Positions 20,101-29,693 of a stretch of 64,000 nucleotides of DNA are shown in pieces. Numbering within the stretch: position 1 is the stretch's first letter; every line of letters starts with the position of its first letter. The notes beneath the pieces are model-generated. The model was not told the origin of the DNA and ran no database searches. It was given only the letters and a program-made list of their open reading frames with translations. The position numbers and the translations under genes are program-made. The DNA lies in contig OZ245040.1 of assembly GCA_965224195.1 (NCBI GenBank), positions 1,952,001-2,016,000 of the forward strand, in the 5' to 3' direction. Origin of the DNA: Nitrosopumilus sp. GTDB taxonomy: Archaea; Thermoproteota; Nitrososphaeria; Nitrososphaerales; Nitrosopumilaceae.

Positions 20101-20338
20101 ATGGAATATAGTGAAGTCCAGATTTACCATGTAAGATTTCAAAAACAAAAAAGACCTACATAGTAGTAATAACCAAGGATTTTGAGGATGGCGGATTTGT
20201 TGGCAGATGTGACGAACTAATGCAGTATTAGAACGCGATATATTCGGAGATATGATGGAAAACATAAAGGAAGCAGGCTTGATATCTTTGGAAACTTTGA
20301 CATTATTGTTTGATAACAAGCATGTTAAATTCAGTTGA
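20101..20338 (+). pseudogene. HicB-family antitoxin pseudogene
   Basis: Across frameshifts: KTYIVVITKDFEDGGFVGRCDEL / GDMMENIKEA. Confidence 0.75.
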
Positions 20339-20372
20339 ATTTCCACTCTCTTCGGCTACAAACTCTACTCCA

Positions 20373-20565
20373 GATGATAAGATACCTGCAAAAACAAAGA
20401 TTCACCATATAACTCAAAGGAAAGGAATCATCTGACACTAAGAAATGAAAATATCGTTACGGTGGTATCAGCAGAAAACAAGTGATTGAGGATTAAAACT
20501 CTGTATTCCATATTGCTATATGCAAACATAAGCAAAGAAAATTTTGTCAAGGATTACAAGAATGT
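20373..20565 (+). pseudogene. HicA-family toxin pseudogene
   Basis: MIRYLQKQRFTI / NHLTLRN..VTVV / LRIKTLYSILLYANISKENF with stops and shifts. Confidence 0.68.
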
Positions 20566-20570
20566 AATGT

Positions 20571-20960
20571 TTGACATTGCTTACAAAACAAAGATCGATG
20601 ATCTTGTTTGAAGAATCAATCAAGTCAAAGCATACCAAAAAGAATTATACATCAGACCTTACTCAATTCGGAAAATTCACAGTATTATTTAATGAAAAGA
20701 AGTTATTGGAAATTCCCATCAATGATCTACAGATAATGCTTGAAAACTATGTTCTGTACTTGAGGCAGCTGCAAACCCTAACTTCATACCGTCAAAGATT
20801 GGAGGAATAAAACACTTCTTTGTGATGAATCGAGTTCATCTTAATTGGGAAATAATCTACAAGATGTTACCACAGAGGCAAAAGACACCTAGCTTGAGAG
20901 CATATACTACAAAAGAAGTAAAAGTAATGCTTGCACATTCCAAAATCCTCAGAGACAGGG
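20571..20960 (+). pseudogene. Tyrosine integrase N-terminal remnant
   Basis: LFEESIKSKHTKKNY, MLENYVLYL, IKHFFVMN, RAYTTKEVKVML..LRD; frameshift near 20770, catalytic domain missing. Confidence 0.78.
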
Positions 20961-21077
20961 AGTGTGGTATGCAGGACAGCATCAATCCGGATAATAACAT
21001 TTTATATATCATATTTATTATACCTATATCTTGGGTAATTTGCAAGTAAAACTGGTAAAAAGTGAGTAGGGATTGCT

Positions 21078-21186
21078 AGCTCAATGTTACGACAAACCAG
21101 AGATAATTGTTGTGTATGATATTCCATCCGAAAAACAACGATTCAAAGACAGCTCAATGCTACGACAAACCAGAGATAATTGTTGT
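21078..21186 (+). repeat. Two 36-bp direct repeats separated by 37 bp
   Basis: AGCTCAATG(T/C)TACGACAAACCAGAGATAATTGTTGT at 21078-21113 and 21151-21186. Confidence 0.85.
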
Positions 21187-21307
21187 TGGAAAAAACAAAC
21201 AGGAGATAAAATCAGAATTGGATAAAATTATTGCCGGATATGTAGAGGCCTTTCCAGAATCCAAATTTTTTACAAAAGATATTATGCACAAGGTGGTGTT
21301 TATCTGA
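21107..21307 (+). CDS. Divergent HicB-like protein
   Basis: AQCYDKPEIIVVGKNKQEIKSELDKIIAGYVE fits HicB core spacing. Confidence 0.5.
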   Translation: MLCMIFHPKNNDSKTAQCYDKPEIIVVGKNKQEIKSELDKIIAGYVEAFPESKFFTKDIMHKVVFI

Positions 21308-21333
21308 AAATAGGCTAGCATCATTTTGTCAGA

Positions 21334-21528
21334 GTGTTGAGAGTTTTAGGATATGTGCAAATTACAACGACATCTGGTTTTTTGTATTTTGATCATTCTA
21401 TAATGAATAAAGTCACAATCAAAAAACAAAATATCTTGAGACATGATCAAATAATGAGATATCTTAATGTCATACATTTGCCGTTACCATTCTTTGAGCC
21501 AATTTACAAACAATGCGACAAAAAATAA
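21334..21528 (+). CDS. Divergent HicA-like protein (possibly 5'-damaged)
   Basis: LRVLGYVQ....G.LYFDH....VTI pattern directly after HicB-like ORF. Confidence 0.4.
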   Translation: MLRVLGYVQITTTSGFLYFDHSIMNKVTIKKQNILRHDQIMRYLNVIHLPLPFFEPIYKQCDKK

Positions 21529-21529
21529 T

Positions 21530-22272
21530 GGGTGACTCAATTATTCATCACCAAGGCAATAATCAAGCAATAATGAGAAAGTATTTGCATCTCTATTGTT
21601 GTATCTTCATTCCATCTCCTTGATGTACAACAAGAACTTTCCCGGACTCACCCCATGATGCTTTGCCATGTTCTGTTTGACAAAACTCTAAAAACCTTCA
21701 ATCCCATTAATGTACACATCTCCTTTTCCAAACATCTTGCTGTAATCAATGGATAGATGTTTGTAACCATTGAAAATCAACGAGTCATATCCTCTCCACT
21801 TGTCAATATGCGCTAACTTTCGTTCTTGACTTTTTTGATGGTACTTGCAAGAAGAGTAGTCTTTGCTTTTACATTAGTTACAATCTCAACGTGAACCTTG
21901 CCATTTCTCTCTAAAATTCCAAATACGATGGCCCTTGTTTTTAGCACCTCTGCCACGATTTCTCTTTCTTCTGCCTCCAAAATACGCCTCATCAGACTCA
22001 GTCTTCCCTTTTAGTTTCTTGTATGATTCTACCAGATGATACAGATGGCATATCTAATGCAATCAAAAGCATCTAGTGCAGTTGGATAACTGACATTGCT
22101 TCTCTAGCTGGATTTGATATCGTAATATTGATTTTACAAAATGGTTGGGCTCTAGTCAAACCACTTTATCAGAATAAGTGCAAGACATGATGTTCTACTA
22201 GATGGCCTGTAATCTGTTTTGCAATCTTTGCATCTTAATTTTTCTCTTGAGATCCTTCAGCTAAAGTCACGC
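21530..22272 (-). mobile_element. IS1595-family element, pseudogenised transposase
   Basis: DEAYFGGRRKRNRGRGAKNK, VFGILERNGKV, DKWRGYDSL, INGIEGF*SF, YIKEME*RYNNR; ends approximate. Confidence 0.85.
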
Positions 22273-22335
22273 GTAGAACTTGCCCTTTTCATCCCCAGTT
22301 TGGTGGGAGAGTCCTGTGGAATTGAATCTGGTACT

Positions 22336-22719
22336 CTAAAGTGCTACTAGCTTTACCGTATCCATGTTTTTGTTTGTTTGAAAGTTTTTTGTCATTGTAG
22401 ATACTTTTTCTGCATCCCCATCAATTAGAAATAACTCCATGCATTTTTCTTTTTCAATCTTACTATGAAGATGGGTTGTAATTAGATCCTCAAAATTATG
22501 TGTAATTCCAGAAACTACATGATCAAACTGATCATTATGTACAACCAAAAGAATTGCATGAATGTTTCCAGACAAATCTGCTTTTTGTTTTTCTTCAGAA
22601 ACAAATGCTCTAATTCCTGCTCTGATAGTTTCTGATCTACCTGAGAATCCCATTGAAGATTGAAGCTTGTCTAATTTAGATAGAATCTCGTCATTTAGAG
22701 AGACTGAAACTATTGGCAT
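22336..22719 (-). CDS. NikR-family (RHH + NikR_C) metal-responsive regulator
   Basis: IVSVSL..L..LD...GFSGRSETIR; HNF..LITTHLHSK...CMELF metal-site pattern. Confidence 0.9.
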   Translation of the reverse strand: MPIVSVSLNDEILSKLDKLQSSMGFSGRSETIRAGIRAFVSEEKQKADLSGNIHAILLVVHNDQFDHVVSGITHNFEDLITTHLHSKIEKEKCMELFLIDGDAEKVSTMTKNFQTNKNMDTVKLVAL

Positions 22720-22729
22720 ACGCCTAATG

Positions 22730-22791
22730 TTATTAATTATCTTATAAGTTTAGCAATAAATTTTATTAAGATTTTATAAATTTATTAATAA
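22730..22791. promoter_or_regulatory. Divergent promoter region with long imperfect palindrome, candidate operator
   Basis: TTATTAAT-n4-TTATAA..AATAAA|TTTTATT..TTATAA-n4-ATTAATAA between nikR-like and znuA-like starts. Confidence 0.55.
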
Positions 22792-22809
22792 TCTAGACTG
22801 AACTGCTGC

Positions 22810-23688
22810 GTGAATGCCCAAACTAAGATGGCCATACTTGCAATTGTAATAGTAATTTCATTGACTTCAGTTGTTGTTTATGGCACCAATACCAATCAAC
22901 AGTTTACAAATAATGATAATTCTAAACCTCAAGCCATTTCGTCATTTAATCCACTTCATGAATTTTCTCAAATTGTGAGTGGAGAAAAAATTGATGTAAC
23001 CTTACTTGTTCCAGTTGGAGTCGAACCACATGATTGGGAACCTACAATAAAAGATGTTCAACAAATGCACAGGTCTGATTTTATAATAATTAACGGGATA
23101 GGTTTTGAAAATTGGGTTGATAATTTAATTGAAAATAATTACCAGGGAACAATAGTTGACACTAGTAAGCAAATCCCAATCAAAGAAACAGATCCACATA
23201 TTTGGTTAAATCCAGTTTTTGCAATTAACCAAGTAGGAAATATTGCACTAGCTTTTTCAAATTCAGATCCTGAAAATGGAGAATACTATATGACAAACGC
23301 TGCAAAATATAGTGAAAAATTACATTCACTTGATTCAAAAATTAGAACTGATTTAAAAGATTGTAAACGTGATTTTATTGCATTTCATGATGCATTTTCT
23401 TATTTTGCAGATGAATATAATTTGAATCAACATACTATTGTTGCAACAACTAATTCTCATGGAGAAGCTACTGCAAAAACATTAGAAAATGTAATTTCAA
23501 CAGCTAGAGAATTAAATATTAACATAATTTTTAGCGAAGAAACTGTAAACACAAAAACTTCCCAAATTATTGCAAATGAAATAGGCGGCAAGGTTTTAGT
23601 TTTATCTCCACTTGAGATTGTTTCTGAAGATAACTATATTTCAAAAATGACTCAAAATCTTGAAAATCTAAAGGAGGCATTATGTTGA
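22810..23688 (+). CDS. Zn/Mn ABC transporter substrate-binding protein (ZnuA family)
   Basis: EPHDWEP, DPHIWL, HDAFSYF. Confidence 0.92.
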   Translation: MNAQTKMAILAIVIVISLTSVVVYGTNTNQQFTNNDNSKPQAISSFNPLHEFSQIVSGEKIDVTLLVPVGVEPHDWEPTIKDVQQMHRSDFIIINGIGFENWVDNLIENNYQGTIVDTSKQIPIKETDPHIWLNPVFAINQVGNIALAFSNSDPENGEYYMTNAAKYSEKLHSLDSKIRTDLKDCKRDFIAFHDAFSYFADEYNLNQHTIVATTNSHGEATAKTLENVISTARELNINIIFSEETVNTKTSQIIANEIGGKVLVLSPLEIVSEDNYISKMTQNLENLKEALC

Positions 23689-24404
23689 AAGTAGTAGAAA
23701 TCAACAACTTGACAGTACAGTATCCTGATGTTAAGGCTCTTGATGATGTTAGTTTAGTTGTTAACCAAGGTGATTTTTTAGGCATAATTGGGCCTAATGG
23801 AGCAGGAAAATCTACACTTTTTGCATCAATGCTTGGTCTTAACACCAAATACAAAGGAACAATCAAATTTTTTGATGAGGACATAAAAAAATCAAAAAAT
23901 TATCTGAAAGAACTTGGATATGTTCCACAAAAACCAATCTTTGAAAAAAATTTCCCAGTAACAGTTACTGATGTAGTTAGAATGGGATTAAGAAAAGAAT
24001 CTGATGAGAATAAAATTGATAAAATTTTACAACAGTTGTGGATACATGAACTACGTGAAAGAAGAATAGGTGAATTATCTGGAGGTCAACAACAACGTGT
24101 TTTTATTGCAAAGGCTTTGGTAAATAACCCAAAAATTTTGATCTTAGATGAGCCTGTAACTGGGATTGATCAACAAAGTATTGATTTGTTTTATAGTATT
24201 CTACATGAATTAAATTCTAAACAAAAAATTACCATTATTTGGTCATCCCATGATTTGGATGCAGTAAACAAGCTAGCAAATCACGTGGCATGTCTGAATA
24301 GAACTTTGTTCTTTCATGGCGAATCTGAAAAATTCTTTTCTGATGATGAACTGGTTAAACAATATTCTGAGGCCTCAATGCAGGAACACATGCATCATCA
24401 TTAG
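23682..24404 (+). CDS. Metal ABC transporter ATPase (ZnuC family)
   Basis: GPNGAGKS, GYVPQK, LSGGQQQR, LDEP, His-rich tail EHMHHH. Confidence 0.93.
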   Translation: MLKVVEINNLTVQYPDVKALDDVSLVVNQGDFLGIIGPNGAGKSTLFASMLGLNTKYKGTIKFFDEDIKKSKNYLKELGYVPQKPIFEKNFPVTVTDVVRMGLRKESDENKIDKILQQLWIHELRERRIGELSGGQQQRVFIAKALVNNPKILILDEPVTGIDQQSIDLFYSILHELNSKQKITIIWSSHDLDAVNKLANHVACLNRTLFFHGESEKFFSDDELVKQYSEASMQEHMHHH

Positions 24405-24406
24405 TC

Positions 24407-25225
24407 ATGTCTCTTGAAATTCTAACTTTTGGTTTTATGCATAGAGCATTAATTTCCGGAGTTGCAATTGCAATTCTTTGTTCAGTTGTAGGATTGTTTC
24501 TAGTTTTAAGACGTTATTCATTATTTGGAGATGCAATAGCCCATTCATCATTTGGAGGAATTGCTTTAGGATTATTGGCTGGTGTTTACCCATTATGGAC
24601 TGCATATGCTGTTTCTATAGCCAGTGTACTGATAATTACAAAAATTAAAGACAAATACAACATCTCTGGAGATGCATCTATTGCAGTTTTGTTGTCTTCA
24701 GGCATAGCAGTTGGGCTTATAATTATTGGATTGTCTGGTGGATTTACAATTGACATCTTTAGTTTTCTATTTGGTAGCATTCTACTTGTTAGTATAGATG
24801 ATACTGTTCTAGTTTTGGCATTAACTGGAGCAATTCTAATTGTAATTTTGTTACTTTATCGACAACTTCTTTATTCGACATTCAATGAAGAACAAGCCAA
24901 AGTTAGTGGAATTCCTGTAGAAAAAATAAATTACTTGATTGTATTTATGGCAGGAATTACTGTAGTTACATCAATTCAACTTGTAGGCGTATTGTTAATT
25001 TCAGCTCTATTTGTAATTCCTAATGTTACAGCAATAATGTATGGTAAAGGATTCAAACAAACAGCAATTATTTCAATGAGTTTTTCTGTTTTTTCAGTTG
25101 TAGTAGGAATTCTAGTTTCTTACGTCTTTGATATTACTCCTGCAGGAACTATTGTATTAATCGCAATTGCATTACTTGCAGGAACTATGGGGATAAAATC
25201 AGCTGGATTGTTATCTAAGAATTAA
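24407..25225 (+). CDS. Metal ABC transporter permease (ZnuB family)
   Basis: FMHRAL, GDAIAHSSFGG, FLFGSIL, VGVLLISAL. Confidence 0.93.
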   Translation: MSLEILTFGFMHRALISGVAIAILCSVVGLFLVLRRYSLFGDAIAHSSFGGIALGLLAGVYPLWTAYAVSIASVLIITKIKDKYNISGDASIAVLLSSGIAVGLIIIGLSGGFTIDIFSFLFGSILLVSIDDTVLVLALTGAILIVILLLYRQLLYSTFNEEQAKVSGIPVEKINYLIVFMAGITVVTSIQLVGVLLISALFVIPNVTAIMYGKGFKQTAIISMSFSVFSVVVGILVSYVFDITPAGTIVLIAIALLAGTMGIKSAGLLSKN

Positions 25226-27986
25226 TCAAAGAATTTAGTCTTCTTTTATCTTTCACACTCTTCACAAAAAATAATGATGTTGCAATTATTCCTAATGCAA
25301 CCAATGGTGATGCAAGTTCAGTATATTTTATTTCTACACTATTTGATTCTTGAATTTGTGAAATACTAACTGGAATTTCTGTTAACTTTACTGTACCAAT
25401 TTTATTTGATTGTTGTTCAACAAACCAAACATTATCACTCCCATCTGATGTCATAAACTGAACAAATGATGAATTTGTTGGAACTGGTATGTCAATCAAA
25501 TCGTTGTTATCTGGATCATATGCTCCTATATAATCAACTGTATGTTGTGCAAACCAAATATTACCATATCTATCAACAGTCATTCCAAATGGTGATACAT
25601 CATCTCCTGGTATTGAGATTCTTTCAAATGTTTCTAAGACTGGATTAAATCTTGTAATTGCAGAGCCTGTATGTTCGGTAATCCATAGATTTCCTTTATC
25701 ATCAAAGAACAATGCTTCAGGACCTTGTATTGTATCAGTTAGAATTTGGGTAACTGTGTTATCATTAGGATCAATATATCCAATTTTACCATTACCTGCC
25801 ATACCAAACCATATCTTTCCTTCTTGATCTATTGATAATGAAAATGGGAATGTTTCTTTTCCTGGCAATACAATTTCTTCAAAAGTTTCTAATTCTGGCA
25901 AATATTTCATGATTTTATCTTTATTGACTATTGTTATCCAAATATCTCCGTTAAAATCAGCTTGTATACCAAATGGCATGTTTTTTGAAATTAATGGATC
26001 CAGTTTTGGTATTGTTATTGTAGAGATTTTTTTAGTTTCAATGTTTATGAACCCTATTTGATTTCTTGGAGGATCACTAAACCATACATTTCCTTTATTA
26101 TCATATGTTAGAAATGTAGTACCAATTCCATCAAATGAATAAGATAAAAATTCTTGTTTATCTAATGTAAACTGCCATATCCGTGGAGCTGATGGATCAC
26201 TAATCCAAATAGAATCTTTTCCATCGTAAACTGGGAATAGTGGCTTTGCATTTTCTGGTAATTCATACTCAATAACTTGTGTCTGAATATTTACTAGTCG
26301 TGGTTTTACAAGTAAGTTCAACATTATTGATTCATTTGCATTCTCAGTTCTTTGAGCTTCAATCTCTACTAACCATTCTCCTGAAAATCCAAATGTTAAC
26401 TCTCCTTCAAACTTAATTGGATCTGAGAGATTCTTTGTTGATATTGGAACTTCAATAGGGGAAATATTTTTTGATGGATTTGAAATTTTTACTTGAATTT
26501 CTTCTGAATCATAGAGTTGGTTTCCTTCAAAATCACTCACTTTTACAAAAATTGTATTTGTTCCGCTTGAAAATGGAATAATATCTATCTCAAATTTTGC
26601 ATTTTCTGAAAATTGGGTAGTTTTGAAACCATAAATGATCTCTTGCGCATCCACTTTTTGGATTTCTCCTGCGGGTAATGTTCCATTAGTCAGTAGTGCT
26701 ACAACTCCAAGAAGAATTATTCCTAACACTGCTTCAACTTTAAGAGGTTTTTTTAATTTTTTATGAACTGATATTTTACCTGATGAAAAATTCTTTTCTG
26801 CATTTTTTTGAATATTAAATTGTAAAAATCCACCTAATCCAACTATTATTGCAGCAATTGCAATTTTTAGAATAATTAATTGACCAAATACTGATTCAGT
26901 GATTAATCCAACATCACTTTCTAAGAACCACATCAAAGTTGGTCCAGTAATTATTACAATTCCTATAGAAATAATGAAAGCAATTGAAAATCTTGGTATT
27001 ACAAGCAGACTCATTTTTTCTTTAGTAATTTCTTTTAATTGTGAAAATGTTGGAAGCAATGTAAACACAAAATATATGATTCCACCTATCCAAACTGCTG
27101 AAACTAAATTGTGAATGTAATCTAATGCTAAGGCCCCTATTTGCTCACTAGCTGCACCGTGTCCTATCAAACTAGAAGTTGAAATTAGTACTAGAGATGT
27201 GATAAGCATTGGAATTTGATTTTTCTTTGATAATATTTTTTTCCTATCCATTCCAAACCAAATTCCAAGTAATACTATTGTAATTATCATTCTAGCAAGC
27301 CAAACTGTACCAAAATAGGTTTCAATCACATCTAATGGAGATGCTTCTAATCTGATTGTTTGAACAACTATCATCAAAATATCTGAAATGAATACTAGCA
27401 TCAATCCTATACCTGTGATAGACATGAATTTTGCATGATGAAGAATTTCTACTTTGTTTAATTCATCTTTGATTACTAACTTGTTCTGTGTTCCCCAAAT
27501 TAGTAATGAAGCAATTACTGCACCTAAAACAATGGTCTGACCTAAAATTCCAGGAAATCTTGCTGCGGCATAATCATAAAATATAATTTCTAAATCTACT
27601 TCAGGTGGATTTTGATCTTTAATTATTACATCTCCTACACCAAACAAGAATGCACTTGGAACTAAATGTCCATCAACTTTTGAGAGAACTTTAACTGATG
27701 CGGTATAAACTCCATCATCTAGTGAAGAAGTAGTAACAATAAGAGATAATTCATTTTCATGGTAATCGGTATCTTTGTTATCAATTTGATTTCCATTACT
27801 GTCAAAAACTTTGATTTCACTAAAGTTGATATCTACAGGTTCTGAAAAATACACAATTACTTCTGTTGTACCTACTGGTGCGTTTGATCCTAAACTTGGA
27901 ATAGTTTTTTCTGTAAATGGATGTGCTGCTGCAAATGGAATCGAAATGAATGATATGACTAGTAAAATTATTAGAAATTTTCTCAT
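25215..27986 (-). CDS. CopC-CopD fusion with Ig-like linker and C-terminal Vgb/NHL beta-propeller
   Basis: AAA|HPF..VLSKVDGH (CopC); GHGAA, HNLVSAVWIGG (CopD); repeated D..GNxWF blades; C-terminal TM. Confidence 0.9.
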   Translation of the reverse strand: MRKFLIILLVISFISIPFAAAHPFTEKTIPSLGSNAPVGTTEVIVYFSEPVDINFSEIKVFDSNGNQIDNKDTDYHENELSLIVTTSSLDDGVYTASVKVLSKVDGHLVPSAFLFGVGDVIIKDQNPPEVDLEIIFYDYAAARFPGILGQTIVLGAVIASLLIWGTQNKLVIKDELNKVEILHHAKFMSITGIGLMLVFISDILMIVVQTIRLEASPLDVIETYFGTVWLARMIITIVLLGIWFGMDRKKILSKKNQIPMLITSLVLISTSSLIGHGAASEQIGALALDYIHNLVSAVWIGGIIYFVFTLLPTFSQLKEITKEKMSLLVIPRFSIAFIISIGIVIITGPTLMWFLESDVGLITESVFGQLIILKIAIAAIIVGLGGFLQFNIQKNAEKNFSSGKISVHKKLKKPLKVEAVLGIILLGVVALLTNGTLPAGEIQKVDAQEIIYGFKTTQFSENAKFEIDIIPFSSGTNTIFVKVSDFEGNQLYDSEEIQVKISNPSKNISPIEVPISTKNLSDPIKFEGELTFGFSGEWLVEIEAQRTENANESIMLNLLVKPRLVNIQTQVIEYELPENAKPLFPVYDGKDSIWISDPSAPRIWQFTLDKQEFLSYSFDGIGTTFLTYDNKGNVWFSDPPRNQIGFINIETKKISTITIPKLDPLISKNMPFGIQADFNGDIWITIVNKDKIMKYLPELETFEEIVLPGKETFPFSLSIDQEGKIWFGMAGNGKIGYIDPNDNTVTQILTDTIQGPEALFFDDKGNLWITEHTGSAITRFNPVLETFERISIPGDDVSPFGMTVDRYGNIWFAQHTVDYIGAYDPDNNDLIDIPVPTNSSFVQFMTSDGSDNVWFVEQQSNKIGTVKLTEIPVSISQIQESNSVEIKYTELASPLVALGIIATSLFFVKSVKDKRRLNSLINS

Positions 27987-28072
27987 TTGTTGATAAGATC
28001 ATTTATGACAATTTAAACAGTTTACCTCTTTCTAAATTTGTACCAATTTACATAAAGATAATAACTGATGAA

Positions 28073-28717
28073 TTGTCAATGATGGTCGTGAAGATAGCAG
28101 TTTTTGGTTTAATAGCAATATTGTTTTCAATTGGAATGATTTCACCCTCATTTGCACATACTACTGTACATGTTGAACGATATGCAATTGAAGCAGGATG
28201 GGGAATTGAACCACCTGTAGTTGGTATTAGAAATGATCTTGTTTTCAAAATTACTGAGTCAGGAGAAAAAGAAGGTACATACACAGGAGTTACCAGTGTC
28301 TTCAAAAATATTGATGCTACTGTAATGTATGGTGGGGCATCCAAAAAAGTTGATATTAATTCTGATCCAAGACCTGGATATTATTTCTCACCTATTATTC
28401 CAACCAAAACTGGAAGTTACATGGTTGAATTCAAAGGAGAAATTCGAGGTGTATCTGTTGATGTAAAAATTCCTGTTGAGGATGTAGAGCCTACAGCAGT
28501 ATTAGATTTTCCTCCTTCTTCTAGTGCTGGAAATACTGATATTGCTGCACTAAAAAATGCAATTGCATCATTACAACAAGATGTTTCTAAACTAAATTCA
28601 GGTGAAACTAACATTGATTCTAATGAAGGTCAAGCTTATGACTTTGCAATATTTGGATTATCAATTGCATCGGCAGCTATCATACTTGCAATTATATCAT
28701 TAATAAAAAGAAAATAG
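28073..28717 (+). CDS. Secreted, C-terminally anchored protein with predicted N-terminal His
   Basis: Signal peptide SFA|HTT, GWGIEPP, coiled coil, C-terminal TM plus KRK. Confidence 0.82.
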   Translation: MSMMVVKIAVFGLIAILFSIGMISPSFAHTTVHVERYAIEAGWGIEPPVVGIRNDLVFKITESGEKEGTYTGVTSVFKNIDATVMYGGASKKVDINSDPRPGYYFSPIIPTKTGSYMVEFKGEIRGVSVDVKIPVEDVEPTAVLDFPPSSSAGNTDIAALKNAIASLQQDVSKLNSGETNIDSNEGQAYDFAIFGLSIASAAIILAIISLIKRK

Positions 28718-28731
28718 AAAAAGAGGTATTC

Positions 28732-29637
28732 CTAAAATCTTGGAACGACTCTAGATTTTGCAGTTACTGCTACGATGCTTATGATTGCGACAGCTAGTAT
28801 CATCATTGCAATTGTACCAAATTCTGGGACAACGTTTGAGAATACAACTTCTTCACCAATTGGTCCTGTTTTAGGATCATCAACACCATAACCTTGGAAG
28901 GTAATAGTAATGTCTACTGGATCAGAAGAGTCTAATGCTGCTGTAGTATGCATGCCATTTCCATCATGATGATGTGCACCTTCGTCCATCAAAACTTCCA
29001 CGCCGTTTTGTGTAACCATCATATCGTGATTAACATGTTCAGCGTCTTCACCATCTGCACCTTCAAATTCAATAGAAATCTCCATTGCTTTTCCTGCAGT
29101 TGGTGTCGAAGTCCAAATTGAAACCATTGTACCATCTGATAACATACCGGTTGCGGTTGCATCACCTTCAGTCATCATATCGTCATGATCATCCATAGCA
29201 TCATGATCATCACCGTGATCATCGTCATCAGCTCCTACTTCTTGTACTACGATCATACCTGCCATCCAAGGATGGACTATACAGAAGTAAGGTTGTTCAC
29301 CTGCTTCAGTTGGGGACCATTCAAATGAACTTCCTGCCATTGCTAGACTGGAATCAAATACGGCTCCAACAGAATCAGCATCTGATGCTTCACCTGATGT
29401 GAATGTATGTGCCGCACTATCGGTGTTTGAGAAAATTACTTTTCCACCAACATCAACAGTTGCAGTACTTGGAATGAAACATCCTTCTGGAGTTTCTTCA
29501 CATCCTGAAGAACCAGAACCTGCTGTAGGTTCAATTGTAACCTCTGCATGATCTGCAAAAGCAGCTGGGGTCATTGCGACCATACCTGCTGCAATAGCAA
29601 ATAGTACGAAGAATGAGCTAAGTGCTTTAGTCTTCAT
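28732..29637 (-). CDS. Plastocyanin-like blue copper protein with PEFG-CTERM sorting signal
   Basis: Start MKTK at 29637; AHTFTSG and YFCIVHPWM type-1 Cu ligands; His/Asp/Met linker; VPEFG-TM-basic tail. Confidence 0.92.
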   Translation of the reverse strand: MKTKALSSFFVLFAIAAGMVAMTPAAFADHAEVTIEPTAGSGSSGCEETPEGCFIPSTATVDVGGKVIFSNTDSAAHTFTSGEASDADSVGAVFDSSLAMAGSSFEWSPTEAGEQPYFCIVHPWMAGMIVVQEVGADDDDHGDDHDAMDDHDDMMTEGDATATGMLSDGTMVSIWTSTPTAGKAMEISIEFEGADGEDAEHVNHDMMVTQNGVEVLMDEGAHHHDGNGMHTTAALDSSDPVDITITFQGYGVDDPKTGPIGEEVVFSNVVPEFGTIAMMILAVAIISIVAVTAKSRVVPRF

Positions 29638-29693
29638 AGCAAAATTACTTGGTTGGATACATAAAAACCTCACTGGAATTTCCAGCATTAGAA

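Noticed and set aside
20092-20346. 84-aa minus-strand ORF
   Set aside because: Antisense shadow of the HicB pseudogene
22286-22328. Reverse complement ending CTCCCACCA resembling a tRNA 3' att site at the island edge
   Set aside because: No proper T-arm and no match to any tRNA in the window
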